DNA from: a bacterium
GTDB lineage: Bacteria; CBDUZB01; JAGLHV01
Direction: 5' to 3'
Assembly (NCBI GenBank): GCA_023132075.1
Contig: JAGLYT010000001.1
Span: 1 to 35,308 of the forward strand
Length of the DNA: 35,308 nucleotides
How positions within the stretch are numbered: position 1 is the first letter of the stretch
DNA letters: not shown here
Text below: more model-generated notes on this DNA
What the model was told of the DNA's origin: nothing
Database searches by the model: none
Seen by the model: the letters and a program-made list of their open reading frames with translations, nothing else

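Noticed and set aside
667-33825. All of the roughly 33 minus-strand ORFs in the supplied track (60-209 aa; for example 25519-26148, 5119-5607, 32002-32457 and 20053-20496).
   Set aside because: Each lies antisense to the continuously open + frame. Their products are low-complexity S/I/F/L/N-rich strings, which is exactly what the reverse complement of K/E/N/I-rich codons (GAA, AAA, GAT, AAT) produces. Several of the longest (5119-5607, 10321-10668, 20053-20496, 33481-33825) coincide with the GC-richer TM/Gly/Ala/Pro-coding patches of the + frame, where antisense stops are simply rarer. None shows a domain motif.
2-35308. Interpreting the window as an operon of many separate genes (propeller protein, ATPase, peptidase, methyltransferases and so on).
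   Set aside because: There is no stop codon in the coding frame anywhere in the window, so no gene boundary can be drawn. There are no intergenic gaps, terminator-like hairpins or frame changes. Internal GGAGG-like strings exist (for example 26615-26620 and 14812-14817), but the nearby ATG at 26628 is out of frame. Such strings are expected by chance in 35 kb.
2-35308. Stop-codon reassignment (for example TGA as a sense codon) as an explanation for the long ORF.
   Set aside because: It is not needed. The frame is open under the standard/bacterial code, Trp is encoded by TGG throughout, and I saw no in-frame TGA, TAA or TAG in any stretch I translated.
1-35308. Mobile elements, tRNA/rRNA/ncRNA genes, promoters, RBS and terminators.
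   Set aside because: No non-coding interval exists in the window. I saw no transposase or integrase motifs, inverted terminal repeats, tRNA-like cloverleaf segments or GC-rich hairpin plus T-tract terminators.

Overview
The whole 35,308-nt window is an internal piece of one gene. On the + strand, the frame whose codons start at positions equal to 2 mod 3 (2..35308, 11,769 codons) is open from the first to the last base, with no start and no stop in view. The supplied ORF track does not list it, apparently because it only reports ATG-to-stop ORFs closed inside the window. Every ORF it does list is a short antisense or off-frame shadow. The DNA is AT-rich (about 30% G+C in the lines I counted) and the protein is K/E/I/N-rich.

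The encoded giant protein is a mosaic:
- YVTN-type beta-propeller blades (2-2407), including a 1.8-kb in-frame duplication.
- A GHKL-ATPase-like domain (about 3.15-3.96 kb).
- A loop bounded by single TM helices that carries a gingipain/C25-like cysteine peptidase plus a CBM-like jelly-roll (6.3-8.9 kb). I predict it is extracytoplasmic.
- A class I SAM methyltransferase (12.3-13.0 kb), mTERF-like repeats (13.4-13.8 kb), a HIT/GalT-like domain (15.8-16.6 kb) and two TrmB-like methyltransferase domains (29.5-30.6 kb).
- About 14 winged-helix modules, mostly in arrays.
- Two orphan tandem arrays (5 x 94-105 aa and 6 x 153-199 aa).
- At least 13 hydrophobic clusters (about 25-30 TM helices), including a recurring homologous TM hairpin every 5-6.5 kb.
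- A multi-kb super-repeat present three times (from 21.2, 26.9 and 33.9 kb) with domain-scale indels.

I can support no RNA genes, CRISPR arrays, mobile elements, promoters or terminators. The locus resembles the rare giant multi-TM genes described from uncultivated lineages such as Candidatus Omnitrophota. Very large proteins are also known in DPANN archaea. The taxon cannot be determined from this window. All domain calls rest on motif recognition by eye and need HMM or structure confirmation.
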